Source: Octopus vulgaris
Lineage: Eukaryota
Direction of reading: 5' to 3'
Length of the DNA stretch: 64,000 nt
Assembly: GCA_951406725.2 (NCBI GenBank)
Contig: OX597815.1
Span: 141,980,001-142,044,000, forward strand
The translations under genes and the position numbers were made by a program. The notes below the pieces were generated by a model. It saw only the letters and a program-made list of their open reading frames with translations, had not been told where the DNA came from and searched no databases. Positions within the stretch are counted from its first letter, which is position 1, and each line of letters starts with the position of its first letter. Of the stretch, positions 37,742-50,311 are shown in pieces.

Positions 37742-38975
37742 CGTGGCTTACGCAAAATAAATCGGAATTTTGAAATATTAGTTTATTCAATTAGTTTTAC
37801 AATTACAATTTTATTGCCTTCAACGTATTCTCTTTTTGAAGCAATGCATCGGTCCAGAGACGTTTTCCACTGTTCGAAACATTCGTGGACCACGTGCGAA
37901 GTGATGCCTTTTAATGCTTCTGTTGTTATTTACTTCACTTCTACATTTGCAAAACGTTTTTCTTTAAGGATTCTTTCACTCGGAAGAAGAGAAAAAATTT
38001 TAGGGACCAAGACTGGGCAACTAGGGTCGGGGGTAACCGAGGTCATGTCATTTTTGACAAAATCTGTTTCACATCCAAGGCGGTGCGCGCAGGTGCATTA
38101 CAGTTATGAAACCATCACATTCCACTTTGCCATAGATCAGGGCGTTTTCGTAGCACCGCGCCTCGCAAACGCCTCAAAATTGCCAAGTAAACGTCTGGTT
38201 AGCAGTTTTAGCAGGAGGAACAAATTCTATGTGGCAAAACTTCCGTATAGATGAAAGAAATTTGGGTGGAGTGACAATGAATGCTTCCATTGATTTGATT
38301 ACTGCTTCGTTTCCAGGTCGTAGCCGTAGCACCAGCTTTCATCCCCAGTGATGACTATCGGGAAAACGTTCGGATCAACTTCCAACCCTTCTTTCAGTTC
38401 ACGACACGCACTGATTCGTGACTGCTTTTGATCTTCAGTGAGCAAGCGACGCACAAATTTTGCTTTTCATTTGCAACTCCTCTGTCAAAAGTCATTGGCA
38501 GGCGCTCCAAGTTACACCTGTCATATCACTAATGTCCTGAATCGGTCGGAGAGATTCGTCCAAGATCAGTTCCTGAATTTTCGCGATGTTTTTCATTCGT
38601 TCGGAAATTCGACGTTTGCCCTGAATGAGGTTGGTCTTCAAGCAACAAGTGAACATTCTTAAACCTGAAACGTGTGTTTCTCTCATGGCATCGCCCTCGT
38701 AATGAGTTTGAAGCCTGCCAACTGTTTCGGCCGCCGTTTACCCAACCAGAAACCTGAATTTCATGGAAGCGAGCTGTTCGTTCGTTTCAGTCATCACAAA
38801 AATCAACGAACAGGTGAAAAGAACTGCAACACAAAACGCACCACGTGGCAGTACGATTTCACTCGATTACGCTGGTTGGCAGATTGATGCCAGAGGGTCG
38901 CATCAAATGACCTCTAGCAACGGAAGACTGAACTACAACGGATGACTTCTCCAATTACTTTTGGGTATGTCCTCG
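37742..38975 (-). mobile_element. Near full-length decayed mariner element (about 1.23 kb)
   Basis: TA-flanked diverged TIRs (cgtggcttacgcaaaataaatcgg versus the reverse complement cgaggacatacccaaaagtaattgg). Minus-strand remnants are AKFVRRLLTEDQK, VITGDESWCYGYDLETKQ, WFHNCNAPAHTA and CFEQWKTSLDRCIASKREYVEG, with multiple stops and frameshifts. Confidence 0.9.
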
Positions 38976-39063
38976 TATACTCAGAAACATATAAGCGATT
39001 TTTGCTATAGACATATTTACACACACTTATATGTGTGTGTGCCTATATGTATATGTATATGTG

Positions 39064-39096
<33 letters not shown>

Positions 39097-40404
39097 ATAT
39101 ATGTATATATATATGCGCACACACGTGCATATATTTACATATGTATGTATTTATGCATGGATATTGTATGTATGCGTTGTCCGCGGATTTCTATTATGCG
39201 TATTCAATAATTTAATTACGCAATTGAATTAATGTGCATTTGCGAAGAACCTTCTACTGACACATGCGCCCTTTGCATAAATCGGAGACTGATTCAGAAT
39301 TGTATACCATGGCAAGGCTGAATAGGTAATACATTGAAGCCGATGAACTTGTAAGCAATTCACCTGATCTCAATTTCGCTCACATGTTGAGTAGAGGCTA
39401 TGGCAAATAGCATTTACTTCAGATGCTAAACAAAATATCGGAGGTGAAATCTTGTGTTTCTGAAGTTATCCTTCAAACATACGGCCGTACTGAACCTACC
39501 CATGCATATCCACATATTCATATAATAATATGTTGAAAGATAGGTCCTTTAATAACTTTATGAACTATCAAATCGCTCTTTGTATATGAATAGCTATATC
39601 TCTATTTATATATCTATGTGTGCAATGTATTTGAAGAGTGTGATGACTACTGTCCCAAGAACATTAATTACACAAGTCTCGCCAAATAAATTCACCGATT
39701 CAGCAGAGATTGTGAAAGTGATATTGAGCCGGTTCATTAAACAACTTGCATACAATATATACAACAGAATAGCAGAATAAGAAATTGCAATGACACACAG
39801 ACAACTATTGGCCAAACTCTATTAACTATTGAAATTAAATAACACAAATTAATTAAAAATTAAATTTAATGAACTCATTCCTACTGACAGCACATTAATT
39901 TTGGTCTATTTCTATCACACTGAAATAGCTCATGTGCCATGTAATATTTATGTATTGATTTCGGGCCAAAACGATAAACATTTTGGTAATGTGTATACTT
40001 AACTATGATAAAGCCCTGACACGTTACTGGTTCTCTTTCGTGCTAATTTGTGATTTTGTGAGAAACGCCAAATGAATCTCCATTAAACCTCAATTTAGTC
40101 GTGTTTAGGAAATATGTTAAATTCCTTGCCATGCAATTAGGTAAGGAACTAGATATCATGAAAGGCAAACATTTCACCCATCATCTGTTCCCTCAGAAGT
40201 GGTGTAGTGTTAAATCACATAAACAATCATTGAAACATCCACTTTATTAAACAGAGATTTATTGTTTAAACACGTACTCATGTTTTACTCTCAAAAAGGC
40301 TCTGTTAGGTTAGATGTTGTCAAATTACTTATACTCCTCCTGATAAACCTTCCAGTAATGCTGATGAAATAATGAATGTCAAGTTTAGATTTAATGATTC
40401 ACTG

Positions 40405-40575
40405 GCGCAGGAGTGGCTGTGTGGTAATTAGCTTGCTTACCAACCACATGGTTCCGGGTTCATTCCCACTGCGTGGCACCTTGAGCAAGTGTCTTCTACT
40501 ATAGCCTCGGTCCAACCAACGCCTTGTGAGTGGTTTTGGTTGACGGAAACTGAAAGAAGCCTGTCGTATATGTGA

Positions 40576-40608
<33 letters not shown>

Positions 40609-40831
40609 CGTTTGTGTGTCTGTGTTTGTCCCCCCCACCATCGCTTGATAACCGATGCTGGTGTGTTCACGTCCCCGTAACTTAGCGGTTATGCAAAAGA
40701 GTTTGATAGAATAAGTACTAGGCTTACAAAGAATAAGTCCTGGGGTCGATTTGATCGGCTAAATGCGGTGCTCTAGCATGGCGACAGTCAAATGACTGAA
40801 ACAAGTGAAAGAGTAAAAAGAGCAAAGAGTA
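40405..40831 (+). mobile_element. SINE family B, full length
   Basis: Same head, internal microsatellite and tail as 49770-50178. Confidence 0.9.
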
Positions 40832-41465
40832 TATAAGGGAAATATAGTTATTTCATCAGGACATTCTTAGTCGATTGCAGATAATACCATGCCAGGAAGT
40901 TAGAAAATTTCATCAGGAGATAACACTCAGCTTTGACAGCTTTCTGAAATTGGTTACCATTTTCCGTCTACAGAAATAGAAACGGAAAGTAGAGCATGGC
41001 CAGATATTCTTTATGGTAACAATACCAGTTCAAGTACTCTGTTGCACAGGCTATTCACTTAAGCACGGATACGTTTTAGTGCAACTGTTGTATACTAGCA
41101 TTAAACATCTTGTGAAATGGAGGTTGCAATAATTTCTGACATGTAATGTTGGAATTCTTTACCATGCTGCATTTTCAGTTAAAATAGAAAGAAGCATTAT
41201 ATTTAATTTCGGTGTTCGATAAACTAATACACCATTTATTTAAAACGGTAAATGCATTCGAGTATCGCACTTCAATGAAATTTCTGACCTTATGGCCATA
41301 GTAAAATATGCTGTTTTGACAATATATATGATTTTACTGTGGGAATATTTCTATATATAAAATGATGGTGTGCATTATGCATTATGTATATTTTCTTTTC
41401 TTCCAGATTCCAACACCTAGAAAGAGGCATATATACTCAAACACATATTTTAAACAGACAGACAC

Positions 41466-41517
<52 letters not shown>

Positions 41518-44500
41518 GAGTTACATTAACGACGGCATTTAAAGCATTATTGCAAAGGGAGAATAATTTCGTCGGCTTACATTAAAATATACATATTGTT
41601 CCTTCTTAGCGAAATGCAAAAACACTGAGAAAATTTAAGTCTTTTCACAATAATGTCTGCGATATAAAGAAAATTGATTTAACAGTATATTGAAACCGCA
41701 TACTGATCTCGTCAAGCCGTAAACAGTGATCTTTATCTCATACATAAATATTGATTTACTTTTCATGTGTATGCTATTGCATTTCATCAACAGAATCTAT
41801 CCGTTATCAAATTGCGCAGATTTTCTGCACAACGTTTTGAAAATTTATTCGTGCCATATAGTGAATTCAGTGGATTACTGATAGATGATCCCTGTGCACA
41901 TTCACATTTAATCTCTCTCCATGATAAAATAAACACAGAATGATATATTATAAATATCATTTTATTGCTTTCATTTTCATTCAATTTTTTTTTTAAATGT
42001 ACAGCATATAAAATATTTGCGCAGTTATGTCACTTCTCGGTTTGATGAGTTGATTTTATTATGAGCATGTAGCGGATTATGCAAGCTCGAAAGTCCATAA
42101 AACAGCCACATACTATTTTAAGTATTTGCAGAAGAAAATATGATTTTGCCTAATTATCTTCGTGAGATCTCTGAGTGACTGCAAATACCGTTGGAAATTT
42201 TCTTTCTGTGTGCGTTTTGTATTTAGTAATGATTATTAAGTTATTTGAGATAATTAAGAAGTTACTAGTTGCTTAAATGAATTACGAATTTTTTACTGAG
42301 ACCATATGTACTATAAAACCTGTATGTTTTATCTATAAATTATCAAATGCAGTTACGTTTCTGACGTCACAGACAATGATCCTTAATAGAATTGTAACTG
42401 AGTTGATTAGGGATTATTTTGAGTGAATGTGAGAGAAAATGATAAATTTTCAGTAAGGCATTTGTTAATTGTATACTTCATTAAATTCTTCTGAATCTGT
42501 TGTCTAAGAATTGGCATTTGCTACAGAATCATTTAACACATATATTCTACTATCTATCCAACATTCTTCTGTAGTATCATTCTGTATATGTATATAAAAT
42601 TACTCCCTCCCGTCTGCTTCTTGCAAACATAATTTGTCTATTTTGGGTTTGTCTTGGATCACTTTCCAGGTGCGGTTGGGGACATGATTGAGAAAGCTAT
42701 TTATATGAAGATAATGTTGTGTTTTAAAATGGGATCTATTTCTTTACTTCAATGTATCCTACTGCTTCGTTATTAGCTTTGAAATCAGATTCGGTAAAAT
42801 TCTCACGAGTTTGTATGTCTGCCGCACTTCACAAAAAGTATCTGAATAGCACAACTGTCAACATCCAGCTGGATTTAACACCACTAGGAGAAAGGTTTAT
42901 AGTAGCAAAAGTTTGTCTACATGTCGTGTAACACGATCTACAAACTTGCGAATATTATTGACTGTATGGCACGAAACAGCGTAGAAAAACCTGTTGATGA
43001 TCAGAAAAAAGGCTTTGTAAAATATTAAACGCAATTGAAACGGTTAAGATATTGCGGGAAAAGACATTAACACAAATTTATACCGGACAAAATGATATAT
43101 ACTGCCAAAATAACAGTGGTAGTTTTGAGAGGAACTGTGATGATAATTCGCTATATTGAAGATGAGGAATATGGAACAATTCAGTAAGGTTGGATATCCA
43201 ATGAGTATGAGAGTCATGGAATTCAGGTGATAAGGAGATATGATGTGTCGTGTGGAAAATTAATCAGTCACAGTATAATTTCCTCCGACAGCTGTGAAAA
43301 TATGTACTCCCGTATATGACAAAGTTTAGACAAGACTGTTTGTCATGAATATTGTTTATGCTAGGCAAGGTGGGCACATAAGTTTCTTGTTAGTTAAGTT
43401 TAACCGCTGCACTGAAACAGTAATTTTGAATGGTACTGTGCAAATATAAACGGGCGATTTAAATAAAAAAATAATGCTGAAAGGAATAATTCTGAATTGA
43501 CTTGACTAGGAGCTGCGGATGGATTAGAAACAGGAGTCCCTGTTCCCAAGTCATAGGTTCCTTAATGGTATGTTCTTATTTCAAGAAAACATGGTTTCGT
43601 CATTTACATTTGTATGCTTTAAGAAGGTAATATTGTAGTTCGGACATGAAATAAATGCCGAAAATATGAAGAAATTAGGGAATCATACGAGTTGCAGGAA
43701 CAGCAATGGATATTAATTTCAGTAAAAGCGGATTACCTTGTGTTCAAAAGACTACATGGTTAGCACTGTACTAAGAAAATGAAAATATTTATTGGTGAAC
43801 TGAAGAGCCACATAGATAATTCATAATGAACATAGCAGCGGCCTGTAAGGAGAAGTCAAACGAATAGAATCACGAACTAGTAAAAGAAAATTGTTGCAAT
43901 ACAGTTGGAAAGACTATCACTACTCATTTTCCGTATACTCCTTGTATCAATAGTACACGAAATATTGTCAGATAATGTCAGCTGTGGAAGTTGTTATTAT
44001 CACCAGTAAATGACTGAACAGACGTTGTCACGTAAAGTAACGTGTATAATATGTCTTAATGATATTTAGGGTGTATATTTTGATGACGTCATGCTAGCCA
44101 ATATTCAGTCGAGTTGTTTCTGCATATCATTGACAGAGAATATAAAGGAGTATTTATATTTGTTTCGCAGAATCCTCAGATTTATCTCTGTTCGGGTAGG
44201 AGGCCAGTTGGATAGTAAATACTCCAAAGTTAAACCTTCATTTATTGCATCTGTCTAGAAGCTTTGGAAATTTGACCTTGTGCTCACTTGCCACTGGTGA
44301 TGTAAAATTAAACGTTTAGTGATTAAAATATGAAGTATACATGCGTATATCAGAATAACTAATGATGAGCTTATGGAACATATCATCCTGTTCTCTTTTC
44401 TTTTCGAATACGTCTTGTGGCGATGAAGAATTGATGATAAAATTTCAGAATATCCCATCGGAAAATCATAGTAATTTATTCATGATTTGGATATGTATGT

Positions 44501-45384
44501 GCTTAAGCGATTGTCTTTTGAGATATAATCATCTATATTATGTTCAGGGAGAGTGATAGAAAACTGTATTAGACTTTTCAATGGTTAATATCAGCTAGTT
44601 TGTTTTGTGTCGTTAACGCCGGTTCAATAACGCAAGGAGGAGAACATTTATATGTAAAATAAAGTAGTTAGCTTCTGGCCACTCCAAGATGCTGAAAGCT
44701 TACATTAAACTGTGAGCGATTGATGACAGATTTTAGCAGATATGTTGCACATATCCGTAAAGTATAAACGGAAAAAAAAGTTTAGCACATGAAAATGAAA
44801 TGAACAGGTCTTATTATAAACCACTACAAATATTTCAACACACTATTATTAGATGTTAATGGCTGGGTATTACATGATTCAACAATCGCTCTATACAAGC
44901 ACATCCACGGGTGAGAAGAGTCAAAGAAAGTTTATACTATCTTCAATTTCCCTACATTTTATACTCATACCAAAATACTATTTTTATTATTCGTTTGAGA
45001 AACAGTAACAAGGAAGTAAAAGAGATACAAATGAGAAAATAATAAAATACAAGAATTATTTCATTTTTGTTGTCTTTTTTTATTTGTGTCTTTGTATTTC
45101 CATTTTCCCCTTTATCTGAGGAATACTAAAAATAGTGTTTCGGCACGGGCATAAAATGTGGTAAAACTGGCACAAGCATAAAATGTGGTGAAACTAAAGA
45201 TGATATAGCAGCGTTTTGATTCAGTTACCAGAGATTGCGCATGTAGAAAGATTTTGATGAATTAGGCTAATGCAGTATTGTGCATACATATAACATTTAG
45301 CAATTATCATCTGATCATGATGCATAGAAACAATTGGAGTAATACTGATATGCATAAAAATCTTATCAGTCCATATTCTCTTCT

Positions 45385-45399
45385 ATCTATGTATGTATG

Positions 45400-45497
<98 letters not shown>

Positions 45498-45590
45498 CCT
45501 CTCTATCTATCTATCGATCGATCGATTGCTCGATCTATCAATCAATCTATCTTTCTAGCGTTCTATTGTTCTATCTATCTATCTATCTTT
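45385..45590. repeat. (TCTA)n microsatellite
   Basis: Directly visible. Confidence 0.95.
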
Positions 45591-45949
45591 TTATTATATT
45601 TAAAGATTTGATCGGTTTCCCGGCTTACACTGATTTTCAAAAGTTGAGATTGAAAGACGTGGGTTGTGTCGCAACTGTCTTGATTCTAACTAGTGTTTGA
45701 AACTTGTTCTATATTTATAATGAATATATGAGTCAAATTAACATATATGTTTTGGATGGCACTTGATTGTTATAGGATAATCACATGTCTGCCCTTAGAA
45801 ATTTTTGCAGGTTCCCCGTGTGTTAATGCTAAGTGAAAATCTTAGGCGTTAGAAGTTAAGGCTGACACGGTTGAGTGAACAAGTCTATTGACAGTACGAA
45901 ACATTCAATGCTCTGAATACTTTCTGTCAAATGTTGTGGAGAATTATCT

Positions 45950-46220
45950 CGTAATCTTTAGCCGAACTGCTATGCTCCCCGGACGTAAACACAACAATAC
46001 CGATTGCCAAGTGGTGATAGTAAAACAACCAGAAACACAAAGACATACACACACACATACATACATACACACACTCACACACATACACACACATATATAT
46101 ATACATATATATATATGTTGTGGCTGTGTGATAAGAACCTTGCTTCCCAACAACAAGGTTCGAATTCATATATATATATATATATGCTTTTATATGTTTC
46201 AGTCCAATGACTGTGGCCAT
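45950..46220. mobile_element. Scrambled SINE family B fragments separated by microsatellites
   Basis: A minus-strand body piece (gccgaactgctatg..ggacgtaaacac), a plus-strand head piece (gtggctgtgtgataagaaccttgcttcccaac) and a minus-strand tail piece (tgtttcagtccaatgactgtggccat). Confidence 0.6.
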
Positions 46221-46227
46221 ATATATA

Positions 46228-46293
<66 letters not shown>

Positions 46294-46344
46294 TGATATG
46301 TGGAACAAAATTAAATAACATCTTCGAACTCACCCCCTCCCCAG

Positions 46345-46645
46345 TTGCACTTATCCGTACAATGGGTCATGATTTTAAGGTTGTCACTTCGAATTCCGGT
46401 GGTGCATTGTGTTCTTTGCGGAAGACACCTTATTTCGGGTTGCTCCAGTCTACTCAGCTGGCAAAAATCAGTTGTAATTCACAGGGCCAGCTTTGTTACA
46501 TTTTGTGTCCGGCTGAATCTCCCTGAGAATTATGTTATGGATAGGCGCGTGGGTGTGAGTGCTCAGCTAGTTACCGATAACTTCAAGGCAGGATATTCTG
46601 TTAATCGGATCATCTGGAACCATCGTCAGCATAACGGACAGAGTG
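46345..46645 (+). mobile_element. Old SINE with a family-E-type 5' half and a family-A-type 3' half
   Basis: About 46403-46471 matches about 62559-62628. About 46478-46645 (cagggccagctttgttac...gagtgctcagc...atcggatcatctggaaccatcgtc) matches 7339-7505. Confidence 0.7.
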
Positions 46646-47159
46646 TCAGCTCGCACAAACAGCAACACAAAAATACTGGTGGAAAACTCCCATCAAAACA
46701 TCTGTCAGTTATATGCATACCAGTCCAGATATTGGTGTTTGAGAAAACAAGGGAAAGTATATAGTCACAGAGGTCAATCGAGAAAGAAAATAAAAAATAG
46801 ACGACTGATTCGAAACCTCCTGCTTCACCATCCAGTTATAGCAATAATTACTGGTTTTATGACTGTCACCTAGATGTTCAGTAAAAAGAACTTAATCAAC
46901 AAATTCGCGTATTACAAATACAACCTGTAAGTTGTAGGATATCGTATGAAACATTTTTCAAGTTTAAAATGTGACGTTGTTTTCGTTATTCACATTCCAA
47001 TTATAGAGGTTTGTTTTTTCGTTAGAATCTTGCTCTCTCCACAGAGAAAGAAACTGAATAATTAAAAACAGAATAGAGCATACAAACCCGCACAAAAATA
47101 TGCAAAATAGAATTCGAAAATAGAAATTGCAAGTGGATTCAGGAAGTAACAATTTAAGC

Positions 47160-49325
47160 TTCAGATATAAAAAATTTTAAAAAAAAGGATTTCAATAAAA
47201 TCTTCCAACGTTATTTACCTGTAGGCAATATGTATAAGGAAACATTATTCTTTCCCTATTAAAAACGAAAAAGAATATGTGAATTTATATTTCTATATAT
47301 TTATAAATATTAAGCATATATACAAACATGATTTATTTGATTGACCACATACTACATAACATCGAGAATGTAAGGCAGCTCTAAGACAAGTTATGTGCAC
47401 CAAACCACCAAATACAATACGTGTATAATACCTAAATACATACATACATACCTATCCATCTATCTATCTACCTATCTATCAATCTCCCTCTCTATTCCCT
47501 CTCTCTGTCTCTGTGTTAATATGAGGATATCTTATCTTCATATGGGATCATTATATCCGAAATTTCACTAGTTTAATCGCCAACAACGTTGAGGAATATC
47601 TCTTCGATGTATATGCAGAGTTGGTAATCTACAATTAATAATATTACTGTTAATTTCAATGATCTTCATTAAATTTATTTAATATAATATGAATATTAAA
47701 GCTATTTTTCTTTAATTTAAAACAATAAAAGCATTATCATATATCCAATAATATCTTTATACTTATGCATATACAGACATACACACATACATAAAATATA
47801 TATATATATATATATATATATAAACAAACACATATACAGAAGCTAAGCGTTAGTAGTAGTGTGTATAGTATAGATATATAAATAATACGTATTCTAACGG
47901 CTATCCGTTAAACTACACACACACTTAAATAAACAAATCAATTTGTTTCGATATGATTTTACACTGATAAATACATAGGCAGCAAATTGATTATGTAAAC
48001 CAATAGAAATTTACACAGATAAGGGCTTTATTTTTTCATTATAATTAAATTATATTTATTATTATATGTCTTAATTTTTTTTTTTTAATCTTACACAATA
48101 TTTTTATTTTCATTTTTCAAAATTATTATCATACACATGCACACAATGAACATATATTTCTTAATTTTCTGAGTATATAGGTAAAATATATTCCATCAAC
48201 ATGTAACCATTTCTATTGTACTCAAGCCTTGATGGTATTCTATCCAGTATTAATCATAATGCTATGTTATTTCAGTCTTTGGATTTATTCCAATCTTTGA
48301 ATTTGAAATCATATTTGGGACTGAACACTGACAGTATCTTAATCGATTCATTTTATATCCTTACCAACTCTCTATGCTTCTTCTTTAATCATATATGTAT
48401 ATGTATATATATATATATATTTCCTATTTCCTTATCTCTATAATTTATCTGATATACATGTATATACATCTTAACATAAATACTTTCTCAGAATAATTAA
48501 CACTACTATTTACTTAATTCTTAATTCTTCATATATTTGCCTCACAATTAAAAGCTACTACAACACTTAGTACTTCCTCTACCTCTTAATACCCCCATTC
48601 CTCTATCATTTATACTATAATACCTTTCTCTCTCTATCCCCACTCCTACTTTCAAACTACCTCCACTGACCACTGACCAACCTATATCTTAATTTTTCTT
48701 TTTTCCATTCATTATTCTCTTTATTCATACTTTCATGGGTTTTATTCTTAATTTTTGTTTTTACTAATCTTCTTTCTTCTTTCTCTATAATTCTTTCTTT
48801 CTCTCCTCCTTTTATCTCCTTTTTTTCTTTTGTCATTCCTCTCTTCTTGTTTTCAATTTGACCAAACTGATACACTCCCTATTTCTAGGACAGTTTAACC
48901 ACAAACCTTGAATCTGCTACATTCTATATAAATTCTCTACTGAGAAGGACCAACTTTAAGAGAATCTTACAATGCTTATAAACTTTACATTTGGATGGAC
49001 TCATATTAAACTCTGTTGGACTTTTGGATTTTACTCAAAGGATATTGGAATAATACACATATATACCATTACGTCTATAAAACGGATTTAAGAACACAAT
49101 AACCATACATATATTACATCTATTTTCTTTCCTCCACCTCACTCTCTATTTATATCACATCGAAACTAACTATAACTTAACTTTTCCTCTCACACCTTCT
49201 CCGATGAAGGGATATTATTATTAATTAATATTCTAGAAACAGCTGTAAGACCTTCTATCTATTAATGCTCTAATATCTATACAGTCTTGGTTTTTTTATC
49301 TCATTACACAAAAAATTCATCATAT
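47160..49325 (+). mobile_element. Highly decayed Penelope-like element ending in a hammerhead-bearing terminus
   Basis: Faint RT-like remnants (MGSLYP at about 47540, SNGYPLNY at about 47892) and a terminal hammerhead variant at 49198-49250 followed by (TA)n. Boundaries are uncertain. Confidence 0.4.
49198..49250 (+). ncRNA. Minimal type I hammerhead variant (U4C)
   Basis: ucu-CCGAUGA-agggauauua..uaauauucua-GAAAC-agcu-GUA-aga. Stem II is about 9 bp with G-U pairs, loop III is the palindrome AGCU, stem I is ucu/aga, and there is one core substitution. Confidence 0.65.
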
Positions 49326-49348
49326 ATATATATATATATATATGAATA

Positions 49349-49449
<101 letters not shown>

Positions 49450-49737
49450 ATAGATAGGTAGATAAATAGATACGTATTCGTACATGTATACACGCACATA
49501 CAAAATCACGTGTATAAGTATGAACACATGTCTAAAATATTTAAAACATGTACCATGCAATGTATGCTAGTCACAGCTGCTGATTTCAGTACACAGCGTA
49601 CTACATCACATAATAGTTCTTCCCAGATGACTCCCCGAAGAATATGTGTTATTCAGCGGATCAGCTAGTATATTAATATTCCAACATTGTCTCTATTGAA
49701 CTTGCTACGCGTTATCTGTTAATTCACACACACACAT

Positions 49738-49769
<32 letters not shown>

Positions 49770-49770
<1 letters not shown>

Positions 49771-50178
49771 GGCGCAGGAGTGGCTGTGTGGTAAGTAGCT
49801 TGTTTACCAACCACATGGTTCCGGGTTTAGTCCCACTGCGTGGCACCTTGGGCAAGTGTCTTCTGCTATAGCCCCGGGCCGACCAATGCCTTGTGAGTGG
49901 ATTTGGTAGACGGAAACTGAAAGAAGCCCGTCGTATATATGTATATATATATATGAGTGTGTGTGTGTCTGTGTTTGTCCCCCTAGCATTGCTTGACAAC
50001 CGATGCTGGTGTGTTTATGTCCCCGTTACTTAGCGGTTCGGCAAAAAAGACCGATAGAATAAGTACTGGGCTTACAAAAGAATAAGTCCCGGGATCGAGT
50101 TGCTCGATTAAAGGCGGTACTCCAGCATGGCCGCAGTCAAATGACTGAAACAAGTAAAAGAGTAAAGAGTAAAGAGTA
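49770..50178 (+). mobile_element. SINE family B, full length, young
   Basis: Intact A and B boxes and an (AAAGAGT)n tail; inserted in (TA)n. Confidence 0.9.
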
Positions 50179-50311
50179 ATATACACATACATATATATGA
50201 TAGGGAGAATTCTTAAAAAAGAACAAAAAACGAAGACAGTTGGTGCGGACAACAAACAGATGTATTAGTTTAACACACGGGAATGGAAAAAGTCATTAGC
50301 GTTTTTTTTTT

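Noticed and set aside
41795-41943. Exon-like plus-strand frame NLSVIKLRRFSAQRFENLFVPYSEF... after catcaacag
   Set aside because: It is short, has no recognisable homology and has no linked exons. Chance occurrence is plausible.
45112-45155. CUGAGGA followed by hairpin auacua/uagugu, as a possible hammerhead
   Set aside because: The GAAAC strand reads GGCAC and stems I and III are not recoverable. It is at most a dead relic.
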